DNA from: Polyangiaceae bacterium
GTDB taxonomy: Bacteria; Myxococcota_A; Polyangia; Polyangiales; Polyangiaceae
Length of the DNA: 64,000 bases
Assembly: GCA_044376115.1 (NCBI GenBank)
Contig: JBILLK010000023.1
Coordinates: forward strand, 1-64,000
Direction of reading: 5' to 3'
Of the stretch, positions 44,969 through 54,930 are shown in pieces. The notes under the pieces were generated by a model, which worked only from the letters and a program-made list of their open reading frames with translations, had not been told where the DNA came from and did not search any database. A program made the position numbers and the translations under genes. Every line of letters begins with the position of its first letter. Within the stretch, counting starts at the first letter, position 1.

Positions 44969-46057
44969 ATGCAATCGACAGAGCTTCGTTTCACGATGCT
45001 TCAGCTGCTTCAGGCGGTCGTGGAGAAGTCGGCCAGCGACCTCCACCTGACCACCGGAACCGCGCCTCAGCTCCGCATTGACGGCAGCGTGTTCCCCCTG
45101 AAGCTGCCACCGCTCAAGAACATCGAGGTCAAACAACTCATCTACTCGATCCTCACCGAGGAGCAGAAGATCAAGTTCGAGAAGACAAACGAGCTCGACT
45201 TCTCGTTCGGTGTTCCCGGGCTCTCCCGCTTCCGCGGAAACGTCTTCGTTCAACGCGGAAGCTCGGCCGGCGTCTTCCGCAGAATCCCGCACAAAGTGCT
45301 TGGCTTCGACGAACTTCAGCTGCCGCCGATCGTGCAGGAGATCGCCAAGAAACCGCGCGGCTTGGTGCTCGTTACCGGCTCCACAGGGTCGGGAAAGTCG
45401 ACCACGCTCGCGAGCATCATCGACAAGATCAACTCGGAGCAGCGCGTTCACATCCTAACGATCGAAGACCCGATCGAGTTCGTGCATGACCACAAGCTAG
45501 CCATCGTAAATCAACGCGAGGTTGGCGCCGACACACACGCCTTCAAGGACGCCCTCAAGCACGCGCTACGACAAGATCCGGACGTGGTTCTCATCGGCGA
45601 AATGCGCGACCAGGAGACGGTAGCGGCTGCGCTAACAATCGCTGAGACGGGTCACCTCGTGTTCGGCACGCTCCACACGAACTCTGCCGTTTCATCCATC
45701 ACTCGCGTGATCGACGTCTTTGAGCCTCATCAGCAACAACAGATCCGCGTCCAGCTATCGATGGGCTTGGTCGCAGTCCTTTCACAACAACTGCTCCCGC
45801 GTGCGTCCGGGAGCGGCCGGGTGCTTTCGATGGAGGTCATGTTGCCGAACGCCGCGATCCGCAACTTGATGCGAGAAGACAAGATCCACCAGATCTACTC
45901 GCAGATGCAGGTTGGCCAGGCGGGCAGCGGAATGCAGACGATGAACCAGTCCTTAGCAGCGCTCGTCATGCGTCAAGCCGTGACAGTTGAAGAGGCCTTC
46001 CACGCCACCGGAGACCCCGACGAACTCAAACAAATGCTGAGTGGAGCTCGCCGCTAA
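44969..46057 (+). CDS. pilT: Type IV pilus retraction ATPase
   Basis: GSTGSGKSTT, EDPIE, NQREVG, AETGHL, AIRNLMRE, GMQT. Confidence 0.93.
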   Translation: MQSTELRFTMLQLLQAVVEKSASDLHLTTGTAPQLRIDGSVFPLKLPPLKNIEVKQLIYSILTEEQKIKFEKTNELDFSFGVPGLSRFRGNVFVQRGSSAGVFRRIPHKVLGFDELQLPPIVQEIAKKPRGLVLVTGSTGSGKSTTLASIIDKINSEQRVHILTIEDPIEFVHDHKLAIVNQREVGADTHAFKDALKHALRQDPDVVLIGEMRDQETVAAALTIAETGHLVFGTLHTNSAVSSITRVIDVFEPHQQQQIRVQLSMGLVAVLSQQLLPRASGSGRVLSMEVMLPNAAIRNLMREDKIHQIYSQMQVGQAGSGMQTMNQSLAALVMRQAVTVEEAFHATGDPDELKQMLSGARR

Positions 46058-46100
46058 CCACTTGAAATCATAGGCCCCTAAAAGAATATCCGCACCGAAT

Positions 46101-46129
46101 TTGACTGGTTCTCACCCGTTCAGTAGCCT
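46101..46129 (+). promoter_or_regulatory. lexA sigma70-type promoter with candidate operator half-site in the spacer
   Basis: TTGACT-N17-TAGCCT; spacer ends ACCCGTTCAG. Confidence 0.6.
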
Positions 46130-46136
46130 AACGGGT

Positions 46137-46808
46137 ATGCAGGGGCTTACGGATCGTCAGCATCAGGTGCTCAAATATATCCGGGATTCGATAACCGACC
46201 GCGGTTACCCACCCACGCTGCGCGAGATTGGCGCGCACATGGGGATCAAATCCACCAACGGAGTTAACGATCATCTTCGTGCGTTGGAGCGCAAGGGCTA
46301 CCTCACGCGCGAAGACATGAAGAGCCGTGCGCTGCGCCCAATCAACGTGCCGATCGATGGAGAGGCTACGAATGACGGCGCCCCCACGGTGGCAAGCCGT
46401 GAGTCCGAGTCGGACTCGATGATCGAGGTGCCGGTTCTCGGAAGGATCGCTGCGGGCGTCCCCATCCTCGCGCACGAGCATCAGGAAGGCACCATCCGAG
46501 TCGACCCCGACCTGCTCCGTGGCGGTCGTGAGGTTTTTGCCCTGCGCGTTCAGGGTGACTCGATGATCGACGCCGGCATTCTGTCTGGCGACACCATCTT
46601 CGTGCGCAAGCAATCCACCGCCAACATCGGCGAGATCGTGTGCGCCTTGATCGACGACGAAGCCACCGTGAAGTACTACCACCGTGACGGGGACTACATT
46701 CGGTTCCAGCCGGCCAACGCGAGCATGGCTCCGATTCTCGTGCGCGCTTCAGACTTCAAACCGACGATGCTGCTCGGTATCGTCGTGGGCGTGTTCCGAA
46801 AGATCTGA
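46137..46808 (+). CDS. lexA: SOS repressor LexA
   Basis: GYPPTLREI HTH, IAAG cleavage site, GDSM serine, ATVK lysine. Confidence 0.95.
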   Translation: MQGLTDRQHQVLKYIRDSITDRGYPPTLREIGAHMGIKSTNGVNDHLRALERKGYLTREDMKSRALRPINVPIDGEATNDGAPTVASRESESDSMIEVPVLGRIAAGVPILAHEHQEGTIRVDPDLLRGGREVFALRVQGDSMIDAGILSGDTIFVRKQSTANIGEIVCALIDDEATVKYYHRDGDYIRFQPANASMAPILVRASDFKPTMLLGIVVGVFRKI

Positions 46809-46827
46809 AGTCGACCTCGGGTCGACT

Positions 46828-46867
46828 GAGGCCGTTGCCCTCGAAAGGCCGCGGCCTCTTTCGTTTT
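46828..46867 (+). terminator. Probable intrinsic terminator after lexA
   Basis: GAGGCCG...CGGCCTC followed by TTTCGTTTT. Confidence 0.55.
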
Positions 46868-46980
46868 GTCTGCTCGGTCAATGCGACCTCGAAACCACAG
46901 CCACAGAGGGATTGTGGGCGAGGATGGTTGCGCCAGGCGGAAAAGTTCTCTAAAGCTCCCCCCTTCTTCGAGGAGGCCTC

Positions 46981-48702
46981 GTGCGTTTCCCCCGTTTATC
47001 CCAGATCGCTACCTTCGCCGCCACGCTCGTACTCGGGTCTTCGCTCGCGTTTGCCGCTGGCAAGAAGGACAAAGACGCCGAGAAGCTCATTACCCAGGCG
47101 ATCGACGAAGACTACCTGAACACAGATCATGACAAGGGTCTTGAGAAGCTCAAGAAGGCCCTCGATCTATGCAAGAAGGCGGACGCCTGTTCGCCCGAAG
47201 TAGTCGGAAAGATCCACGTCGCGGCTGCGACCATTCGGGGCGTTGGGCTCGGCAAACTGGACGACGCTAAAGCGGACTTAGTGCTCGCGCTCAAAGCCGA
47301 CCCAAAGGCCAAGCTGCTGGATGGCCTGAATCCCCCGGAACTCGAGGCGAAGCTCAAGGAAGCGCAAGCCGAGGCGGGTGGAGCAGGCGGCGGTGACGCG
47401 GCTGGCGGTGGGGAACCCGGAGATGGTGGAAAAGGCGGCGACGGCGGAAAAGGCGGAAAAGAGCCAGGGCCTTCACCGTCCGGCGACTTCAATCATACGC
47501 CCCTCGAAGAGTCCGCAATCAACACGCCCGTGCCGATCTTCGCGGAGATCCCTGAGGAGCTCGGGGCGACGAAGGTCATCATTCGCTTCAAGCCGTACGG
47601 CGGAACGAAGTGGGAGACGCTACCTCTCACGAAGATGGAAGGCGGCTTCGGTGGCGAAGTCCCGTGTGCCGCGGTGACGACCTCCGGGGAACTCCGTTAT
47701 TACATCGTAGGAAGCGACGAGACGGGGACTCCGGTCGCTACAGCAGGCTCGGTCAAGTCGCCGTTCAAGATCGCCATCAAGAACAAGTTGAAGGGCGACG
47801 CTCCCAGCCTGCCCGGGAAAGAGCCGCCGCAGAAGTGCAAAGCCAAGGAGGACTGTCCGCCTGGTATGCCGGGCTGCGAAGGTGCGAACAGCGGCAAAGC
47901 CGAGGGCGTGATTTGCGACGCCTCGAGCGAGTGCATGTCAGGTCTTGCTTGTCTTAGCGGCATCTGCACCAAGGATGAGGACGCCCCCTCGGCTGACGGC
48001 AGCGGCACGCAGCACGTGATCTCGCTCGGCGCGCAGTTCGACCTAGCGTACGTCTCCGACGGCACCGACGTGTGCTCTGCATCGAATGCGGGCAGCTACG
48101 TTTGCATGGAGCAGAACACTGATCCGGCGCGGCAGTTCGTAGGCAACCCCGACGCAGTCAATGGCACCAACGGGATCAGCGGCGGTCTGGCCTTTGGCGG
48201 CGCTCGCATCTTCGCTGGCTACGACTACTTCTTCCCGTTCGGACTCGGACTTGGTGCTCGAGTCGGTTTCGCCTTTGGCGGGCCGAGCGTTGACTCTGAA
48301 CAGGCCATTCCCGAGGGCAGCGAGTACGGGCAGGTTGGGAAGTCGTTCTTCCCGGCTCACATCGAGGCACGAGCCTCGTGGAAGTTCCTTCACCCGAACC
48401 CTGAGGCGGGCGACTTCGCGCCGCACGTGTTCATCGGCGGCGGCGGCGCACAAGTGAACGCGTCGGTTCCCGTCACGGTTTGCGACAAGCTCAAGGACGA
48501 CGGCAACGGCGGTGATTGCCCCGGCGCAACCGCAGCAGACGCGTATCAGCTCTCGGGCCTCACGTTCATCACGTTCGGCGGCGGAGCCACGTACATGTTC
48601 ATTCGCAACTTCGGGCTGTCAGCGGACCTGAAGTTCATGGTGCTCTTCCCGACGGTGGGCTTCACCATCTCCCCCACCATCAGTCCGGTCGTCGCGTTCT
48701 GA
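46981..48702 (+). CDS. Exported protein: TPR-like N-terminus, Cys-rich middle, probable C-terminal outer-membrane beta domain
   Basis: Signal peptide AFA, Gly linker, amphipathic beta strands, terminal Phe. Confidence 0.75.
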   Translation: MRFPRLSQIATFAATLVLGSSLAFAAGKKDKDAEKLITQAIDEDYLNTDHDKGLEKLKKALDLCKKADACSPEVVGKIHVAAATIRGVGLGKLDDAKADLVLALKADPKAKLLDGLNPPELEAKLKEAQAEAGGAGGGDAAGGGEPGDGGKGGDGGKGGKEPGPSPSGDFNHTPLEESAINTPVPIFAEIPEELGATKVIIRFKPYGGTKWETLPLTKMEGGFGGEVPCAAVTTSGELRYYIVGSDETGTPVATAGSVKSPFKIAIKNKLKGDAPSLPGKEPPQKCKAKEDCPPGMPGCEGANSGKAEGVICDASSECMSGLACLSGICTKDEDAPSADGSGTQHVISLGAQFDLAYVSDGTDVCSASNAGSYVCMEQNTDPARQFVGNPDAVNGTNGISGGLAFGGARIFAGYDYFFPFGLGLGARVGFAFGGPSVDSEQAIPEGSEYGQVGKSFFPAHIEARASWKFLHPNPEAGDFAPHVFIGGGGAQVNASVPVTVCDKLKDDGNGGDCPGATAADAYQLSGLTFITFGGGATYMFIRNFGLSADLKFMVLFPTVGFTISPTISPVVAF

Positions 48703-48730
48703 GCTTTTCAAGCACTACGGCTTGATGCAT

Positions 48731-48761
48731 TTGAGGCTGGGTTCGATGAACCCAGCCTCAA
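48731..48761. terminator. Hairpin terminator between convergent genes
   Basis: TTGAGGCTGGGTTC-gat-GAACCCAGCCTCAA. Confidence 0.8.
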
Positions 48762-48786
48762 GCGTTTTCAGCGTTGCGTTGCAGCT

Positions 48787-49155
48787 CTAGGTCGAGCCCG
48801 GCGTCGAGCCGAGAAGCTGGAACAGGGAGAACAAGCTGCCCTCCTCTTGGTGCTCAAATCGAATCCCCAGTCGGGCCGGTTTGTCGCTCGTCGAGCGCCG
48901 CAACCAGGCCACTCGGCCTCGCAAGGTGAGCGGGTCCCAAAGCGTTGGCGCAGTAAGTTGCAGCACGACAGCGCCATCGAGCCGAAGCAGCTGGCCTTCC
49001 AAGCCCGAATCAAGCGGGAGCTCTACGCACGCACCACCGAGCCCGAGATTCCGGACGGTGGCCCGTTCTTCTTGGGCGCCGCCATCTTCACGTAGGGCTG
49101 CGGGCAGCGTGACGGCTTTGCGGCCGTGTGCCCTAAAATGATCGCGCACTCTCAT
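48787..49155 (-). CDS. PilZ domain protein
   Basis: RAHGR, NLGLGGA, GRVAW, LGIRF. Confidence 0.8.
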   Translation of the reverse strand: MRVRDHFRAHGRKAVTLPAALREDGGAQEERATVRNLGLGGACVELPLDSGLEGQLLRLDGAVVLQLTAPTLWDPLTLRGRVAWLRRSTSDKPARLGIRFEHQEEGSLFSLFQLLGSTPGST

Positions 49156-49405
49156 TGGCCGGCCTTGTTGGCCAGCCGAAAGCTAGCACGACGCGAACGT
49201 TCACCGAAGGTCGATGGAGCGACTGCAGCTTCGTAAGGTTGGTCGCTAGTCATTACTTGTCGTTTGGCTCGATTGATGGGTACCATCGCCGGGTTTTCAA
49301 CGAAGGTTGAATCAGACCACAACACAGCTGTTACGTTGAATTTCGCGCGCAGCGAGCCACGTCGTAACGACGACGTGCTGACGAGCTCGCGCACCTCGGA
49401 GACCG

Positions 49406-50821
49406 ATGGCTCAAGACACTCGTAAAGACCCACGCGCGAAAGTGCTCAGCATGACGGTGCGCTACAAGAGCGCTACCGTTGATGAGTTCATCGAGCACCA
49501 CGCGTCGGACGTCAGCCGCGGCGGGATCTACATCAAGACCCCCAACCCGTTTCCCCCGGGTACGCTGCTAAAATTTGAAATTCGTATCGCCGATGAACAG
49601 GCGGTGCTTTCCGGCGTCGGCAGGGTCGTCTGGAAGCGAGAACCTGATCAAGTGCCGGAGGGTGAGCCCGCCGGAATGGGCGTCAAGTTCATCAAGATCG
49701 ACGACAAGTCCAAGTCCGTAATCTCGAAGCTCGTAGAGAAGTCGGGCGGCAAGCCGTCGACGTTCGATCGCGGTGGCGACGGTGCTGGAGAAGCCCCCGC
49801 TGAACCCGCAGCTGAAGAAGAGGCTCCCGCAGCAGCAGCGCCCGCCAAAGCGGTTGCTGCCGTTCGTCCGGACAAGCGCGCATCAACCATGCTTGGTCTT
49901 GGTGCGATCGGAACCAAGAAGGCTGTTGAGGCGGCCATCAAGGGAGACCTTCCGGAGAAACTCGAGAAGGAGGAAAAGCCTGCGAGCACCGGTGGGTTCT
50001 TCCCGGCCTCGAGCGACGAACCTGAAATGCGTCCCCCTGAGGAACGCACGGTGATGAAGCAAGCGGCCGAGCTGCTGCAACAAGCACTTTCGGAAGCCGG
50101 TGGGTCACTCGACGAGATTGGAACGCCCGAAGTCAAGGCGCCCAAGTCTGTCCCACCTCCGCTGCCCAAGGATGAGCCCAAGGATGAGCCTGAGGCCGAG
50201 GAGAAGCCTGTTGCTGTAGCGGCGGCAGCCTCGGTACCGCCCGAGAAGCCTGCAGAGAAGCCTGCGGAAAAGCCTGTCGCAAAGGCCGAACCCGCAGCTG
50301 AAAAGGCGCCCGAAAAGAAGGCGTCGGTACGGCCTGCTCCGGTGAGCGCTCGCATCGAGCCCGAGGAGAAGGGTGGCAACGGCAAGCTGATCGTGATCGG
50401 AGCTGTGCTCGCCGCCGCCGTTGGTATCGGCATCTACCTCGTGAGCTCAGGTGGGGACAAGCCGACCCCATCAGCGACTCCCTCAGCTGCTGCTCCGCCC
50501 TCGGCGAAGCCCTCAGCAAAGCCCTCAGCAACCGCCGTAAAGACCGCTGACCCGGTCCCGACGGCCGTGGAGACCTCGACCGCTGCGGTCTCAGCGGAGC
50601 CCTCTGCAAAGCCGTCAGCAGAACCCTCTGCCAAGCCCACCGCCGAGCCCAAGCCCACCGCTGAGCCCAAGCCCACCGCTGAGCCCAAGCCCACCGCCGA
50701 GCCGAAGCCCAAGCCCACGGCAACGGCGACGGCAACGCCGAAGCCCACGGCCACAACGCCCGTGCCCAAACCCACAGCAACCACTCCCCCGCCCCAGCCG
50801 ACGGGCGATCCCTACGACTGA
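49406..50821 (+). CDS. Myxobacterial PilZ-like (TIGR02266-type) domain, linker, TM and Pro/Thr-rich tail
   Basis: RKDPR, DVSRGGIYI, GRVVW, GMGVKF; one TM. Confidence 0.85.
   Translation: MAQDTRKDPRAKVLSMTVRYKSATVDEFIEHHASDVSRGGIYIKTPNPFPPGTLLKFEIRIADEQAVLSGVGRVVWKREPDQVPEGEPAGMGVKFIKIDDKSKSVISKLVEKSGGKPSTFDRGGDGAGEAPAEPAAEEEAPAAAAPAKAVAAVRPDKRASTMLGLGAIGTKKAVEAAIKGDLPEKLEKEEKPASTGGFFPASSDEPEMRPPEERTVMKQAAELLQQALSEAGGSLDEIGTPEVKAPKSVPPPLPKDEPKDEPEAEEKPVAVAAAASVPPEKPAEKPAEKPVAKAEPAAEKAPEKKASVRPAPVSARIEPEEKGGNGKLIVIGAVLAAAVGIGIYLVSSGGDKPTPSATPSAAAPPSAKPSAKPSATAVKTADPVPTAVETSTAAVSAEPSAKPSAEPSAKPTAEPKPTAEPKPTAEPKPTAEPKPKPTATATATPKPTATTPVPKPTATTPPPQPTGDPYD
50633..50704 (+). repeat. 18-bp coding tandem repeat x4 (KPTAEP)
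   Basis: AAGCCCACCGCYGAGCCS x4. Confidence 0.9.
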
Positions 50822-51682
50822 GTGGGAACGTCGGAGAGCGCTTCATCGGCCGGTGCCGCCTTCGCTTGGGGAGGCGGCGCCGCCGTTTTGTCCGTCGTCG
50901 CGTTGGTAAGCGCAGTTGCGTTTTCACGCTCCGAGGAGGTCACGCGGGGGCTTGAGTTCGAGGCGTTCGCTACCCCGCCAGCCGTTGTGGTGCCCGCCAC
51001 CACAGTCGCGCCCGAAGTTGTATCGAGTGTTGCTCCGGCCGGTAGCTCGTCGCTCGTTCCAAAGAGCAAGGCCGCACCGGCCAGCCAACTCGCCGGAGCC
51101 GGACTTCCTACCCTTCGCCAGTTCGCCATCGACTTCCCCGAGGATCCAGCTGTGTTTGCAGCTCTACTTCAGGTTCATGTCCGCAGCGGTGCCCCGACCA
51201 AGCAAGCGCTCGACGACGTGGCCCGACTGTTGGCCCTCAAGCCGGAAACGGCTGGGGATCGCGACGTTCTTCAGCTTGTGCAAGCCGCTGCGGCGCAGCC
51301 GGCGACTTCTGCACAAGCCTTTCAGCTGCTGACCGGCCCGATGGGAGATCGTGGTTTCGACACCTTGATTGCACTTACGACTGGGAAAACCAGCGCGAAG
51401 GTAAAGGCACTTCAACTCACAAAAGACAAGACCGTGCAGGCCAAAGCCAGCCCGGCAGCCTTGATAATGGTCAAGCTCCGCGACGCCCCCGGATGCGAGC
51501 GCCGAGCCCTGTTCGAGGAGGCGGAGAAACACGCCGACTCGCGCTCGCTCCAGTACCTCAATCCACTCTTGAAGACCTCAGGCTGCGGCATCTTCAACAT
51601 GGGTGACTGCTACGCCTGCCTCGGCGGTCGTGGCGATCTACAACGGGCCATCAAGGCCGCCGCTGGACGGCAACCGCCGTAG
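50822..51682 (+). CDS. Hypothetical exported helical protein with C-terminal Cys cluster
   Basis: N-terminal hydrophobic helix; GC...GCG...DCYAC. Confidence 0.65.
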   Translation: MGTSESASSAGAAFAWGGGAAVLSVVALVSAVAFSRSEEVTRGLEFEAFATPPAVVVPATTVAPEVVSSVAPAGSSSLVPKSKAAPASQLAGAGLPTLRQFAIDFPEDPAVFAALLQVHVRSGAPTKQALDDVARLLALKPETAGDRDVLQLVQAAAAQPATSAQAFQLLTGPMGDRGFDTLIALTTGKTSAKVKALQLTKDKTVQAKASPAALIMVKLRDAPGCERRALFEEAEKHADSRSLQYLNPLLKTSGCGIFNMGDCYACLGGRGDLQRAIKAAAGRQPP

Positions 51683-51767
51683 CGCCCCGCTAGAGCGCAC
51701 CTGCAGTGTTTCGCCGAGAAGGGCACGAGGACAACTCGTTTGCTCCTTCGCCTGCGGCGGAATCGGG

Positions 51768-51839
51768 TGGGCGCAGCAGGGTTCGAACCTGCGACTTCGA
51801 CCGTGTGAAGGTCGCACTCTACCGCTGAGTTATGCGCCC
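51768..51839 (-). tRNA. tRNA-Val(CAC)
   Basis: GGGCGCATAACTCAGCGGTAGAGTG CGACC-TTCACAC-GGTCG...GGTTCGAACC...GCGCCCA. Confidence 0.93.
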
Positions 51840-51896
51840 GAGAGGCCCGACGTCTTACTCCGTTCGTTCGGACCTCGCAACATCAACTTTCGATCG

Positions 51897-53096
51897 TCAC
51901 GTCAATTGACGAACGGCCCCACGAATCGCCTCGAGCCCTTCGAGAATATCGGCGTCCGAGCACGCATAGGAAAGCCGTACGAACCCTGGCGCGCCAAATG
52001 GCGTACCCGCGACCGTAGCCGCGTGCGCCTCGGTCAAGAAGAACTCGGCCACCTGCTGGTCATTCGCCAATGGTTTCCCCGCAAAGCTCTTTCCGATCAA
52101 GCCGCCCACGTTCGCAAACGCATAAAAGGCGCCTTCGGGCGTGCGGCAGCTGATCCCGGGGATCGTGTTGAGCCCATCGACCATCAACTTCCGCCGTCGC
52201 TCGAACGCCTCTCGCATCGCCACGACAGAACCTCTCGGACCATTGAGCGCTGCGACCGCTGCAGCCTGCGCAACCGCTGCCGGGTTCGTCGTGCTCTGGC
52301 CTTGAAGCGTCGTCAGTTGTTGCGCCAACTTGGGGCTGGAGAGACTCCACCCAATACGCCAGCCGGTCATGGCGTAGCTCTTCGATACGCCATCGACGAT
52401 GATCAGCCGGTCCCCCAGCTCGGGCAGTAGCTTACCGAGCGAGTGATGCTCAAAGCCGTCGTACACGAGATCCGCGTAGATCTCGTCGACGATCACGTAA
52501 TAGTCCCCCTTCAGCAGCACTTCAGCGAGGGCTTCAAGCGAGGCCTTGTCATAAGCTGAGCCGGTCGGGTTGGAGGGCGTGCAAAGAATCAGCGCCTTGG
52601 TTCGCGGGGTCACAGCTGCGGCTAGCGTCTCGGGCCGCAATCGAAAACCATCCGCCTCAGAGGTCTCGAGCGTTATCGCCGTGGCCCCCATCATGCGCAC
52701 CTGCTCCGGGTAGCTCACCCAATAGGGAGCTGGAATCAGCACCTCGTCCCCGGGCTCGTAGAGAGCCGCGGCCAGATTGAAGAGCACGTGCTTGGCTCCG
52801 CAGGAAACGACGACTCGGTCAGGAGTGACAACGTGCCCACGGTCCCGCTGCGTGGCCTCACAGATGGCCTTCTTGAGGTCAGCAGTGCCGCCAACCGGCG
52901 TGTAGCGGGTGGCCCCGTGATCCAGCGCGAGCTTGGCCGCATTGCGCACGTGCTCCGGCGTCGGGAAATCGGGTTCTCCGACGCTAAACGGGAAGACCTT
53001 GATTCCCTGGGCGGTCATCTTCGCCGCCTGAGCGGCCATGGCTAGGGTGGCGCTCGGCGCTACAGCGGCCGTGCGAGCTGCGTAATTCAACGGCAT
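51897..53096 (-). CDS. PLP-dependent class I aminotransferase (aspartate aminotransferase-like)
   Basis: GEPDF, PSNPTG, DEIY, SKSYAMTGWRIG. Confidence 0.92.
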   Translation of the reverse strand: MPLNYAARTAAVAPSATLAMAAQAAKMTAQGIKVFPFSVGEPDFPTPEHVRNAAKLALDHGATRYTPVGGTADLKKAICEATQRDRGHVVTPDRVVVSCGAKHVLFNLAAALYEPGDEVLIPAPYWVSYPEQVRMMGATAITLETSEADGFRLRPETLAAAVTPRTKALILCTPSNPTGSAYDKASLEALAEVLLKGDYYVIVDEIYADLVYDGFEHHSLGKLLPELGDRLIIVDGVSKSYAMTGWRIGWSLSSPKLAQQLTTLQGQSTTNPAAVAQAAAVAALNGPRGSVVAMREAFERRRKLMVDGLNTIPGISCRTPEGAFYAFANVGGLIGKSFAGKPLANDQQVAEFFLTEAHAATVAGTPFGAPGFVRLSYACSDADILEGLEAIRGAVRQLT

Positions 53097-53227
53097 AGTG
53101 CCTTCACCTACAGCCGTTTGGGGCCAAAGCGCAAGCTGGCAACCAACGGGATCAACATTGAGCAGCCAGGAGATGAGTTGGGGCGTACCTTGAATACACT
53201 CCCACGTTCGCGCCCCTTAGGAGGACC

Positions 53228-53773
53228 ATGCGTTTGTTCCGTTCTTCAGAGCAAAAACAGCCCGCAGCTGCGGCTTCCGGGCTAGCGCGTCCAAGCCGTC
53301 GGCAGTTCATCAAGATCGTCCCGCTCGTCGCCACCGGTTCACTCGTTGGCTGCAAAGCGTTGCTTGGTGAAGAGACGATCGAAGCTTTCATCGACGTTTT
53401 TCACTCCGCCTCCGGCAACTTCTCTGGCTTCACAGAATACGAGCTCGGGACGGAGGCAGGCCCAGATGACGGGGCAATCCTCAAGCGCGTGCTGTTGCGA
53501 GCGCCGGACGGCACGCCCAACCTCCGCTTTATCACCAGCCTATTTGGTGAAGCTGTAACTCCAACCGAACGCACTCCACTCGTGGAAGGTGGAGACTTCC
53601 CGGAGGACGACAACATGTCGGCCCTCGACGTGCTCTACGACGGCAACCTCCGACCATTTTTCCCGGACGGAAAGAAGATCCGCGTCGAGTGGTCTGGAAC
53701 GCTCGATGTTAACTACCCGTTTCCCCCGGAAGGGCTCCGAGTCGATGCGTTGATTGTGATTGAGGTTACCTAG
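53228..53773 (+). CDS. Putative Tat-exported lipoprotein
   Basis: AGGAGG RBS; SRRQFIK twin-arginine motif followed by LVGC. Confidence 0.7.
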   Translation: MRLFRSSEQKQPAAAASGLARPSRRQFIKIVPLVATGSLVGCKALLGEETIEAFIDVFHSASGNFSGFTEYELGTEAGPDDGAILKRVLLRAPDGTPNLRFITSLFGEAVTPTERTPLVEGGDFPEDDNMSALDVLYDGNLRPFFPDGKKIRVEWSGTLDVNYPFPPEGLRVDALIVIEVT

Positions 53774-53794
53774 CGCTTCGGACCATGGAGGACT

Positions 53795-54886
53795 TCACTT
53801 GGGGCCGGCGACGTTGACGTCGGTCTTCTCCTGGTCCTTGTTGATTGAATAGCGGACCAACGCTCGGAGCACGTCGTTACGTTGGACATTGCCGAGAACG
53901 ATCTTCACGTCTTCGTAGATCGTTGGGTCCACCAACAAGCCGCCGATCGTCCCCTTCCCTTGCCGGACGTCAGCGACGATTGCGCGCACGTCTGTACTGA
54001 TTTCAGCGAGGTTCTTGAACACGGTCGCGCCGTCTCCGGTGCCACCGTAGAGGGCGTCTTTCGCGAGCCCGTTGCCCTCGCGAATCCCACGAAGCGTCGC
54101 TGAGACTTCAGCAGCAGCACCGGCGAACTCCGGTAGACCTTGCGGCTGACCGTAGAGCACGTCGTGGGCGAAGCCTGGGCCGGATTGCACGCGATACACC
54201 AACGTACGCACGTCACGAATCGCGCTCTCCGCTTCCTGGGTGGTCTTCTCGAGGCCCTTGATCACCCGCGAGATGCGCTCGGCTTCCTCTTCGTCGGTGA
54301 GGAACTTATGGGGGTAGCCTTTGCCGTGAGCCACCTCGTTGAGGATGTCGTTTACCGACGCGACCGAACCTTGAATGTCCTTGTGGAGCTTTTCATCCCC
54401 GAGCGGTCGCGTCGCTCGCTCGATGTTGTCCATCACGACTTCGGCTTTGTCAGCCATGGTGCCGATCTTCCCGAACATATCGCTCGGCGGATCGCTCTCG
54501 AGGTGGGTTCCGGCCTTGGCCGAGTCTCCGCTTCCCAACGAAAGCTCGACCAGCTTGTCACCAAGCAGGCCCTTGTTACCGATCTTTGCTCGCGAATCGA
54601 CCTTCACCCTGCCTGCATCTTTCGAGCGAACCCAGAACTTAACCTGCACGTTGGAGTCGGTCTTTGTATTGTCGTAGCCAACGCCAGAGACCTGCCCAAC
54701 ATCGATGCCGCCCATGCGAATGGGTGCACCCACTTTGAGGCCTTGCACGTCGGTGAAGCTGGTCGTGAACTCGACCGAGGGCGAAAAAAGGCTTCGCTCT
54801 TGGCCGATCAGAAACACCACCAGGCCAAACAGAGCGATCCCTGCCAGGACGAAAAGCCCAACTTTCAGATCCCGCGAACCAAGCAT
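53795..54886 (-). CDS. MlaD/MCE family protein
   Basis: KVGLFV TM, GLKVGAPI...GIDVGQV, GLLGDK, GKGTIG.L..D. Confidence 0.9.
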   Translation of the reverse strand: MLGSRDLKVGLFVLAGIALFGLVVFLIGQERSLFSPSVEFTTSFTDVQGLKVGAPIRMGGIDVGQVSGVGYDNTKTDSNVQVKFWVRSKDAGRVKVDSRAKIGNKGLLGDKLVELSLGSGDSAKAGTHLESDPPSDMFGKIGTMADKAEVVMDNIERATRPLGDEKLHKDIQGSVASVNDILNEVAHGKGYPHKFLTDEEEAERISRVIKGLEKTTQEAESAIRDVRTLVYRVQSGPGFAHDVLYGQPQGLPEFAGAAAEVSATLRGIREGNGLAKDALYGGTGDGATVFKNLAEISTDVRAIVADVRQGKGTIGGLLVDPTIYEDVKIVLGNVQRNDVLRALVRYSINKDQEKTDVNVAGPK

Positions 54887-54930
54887 GTGCGCTCGATACT
54901 AGCGCATGAAGCGCGCGAGGAAAGGTTTGC

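Noticed and set aside
50633..50704. Tandem repeats as a CRISPR array
   Set aside because: In-frame coding repeats without unique spacers; no cas genes
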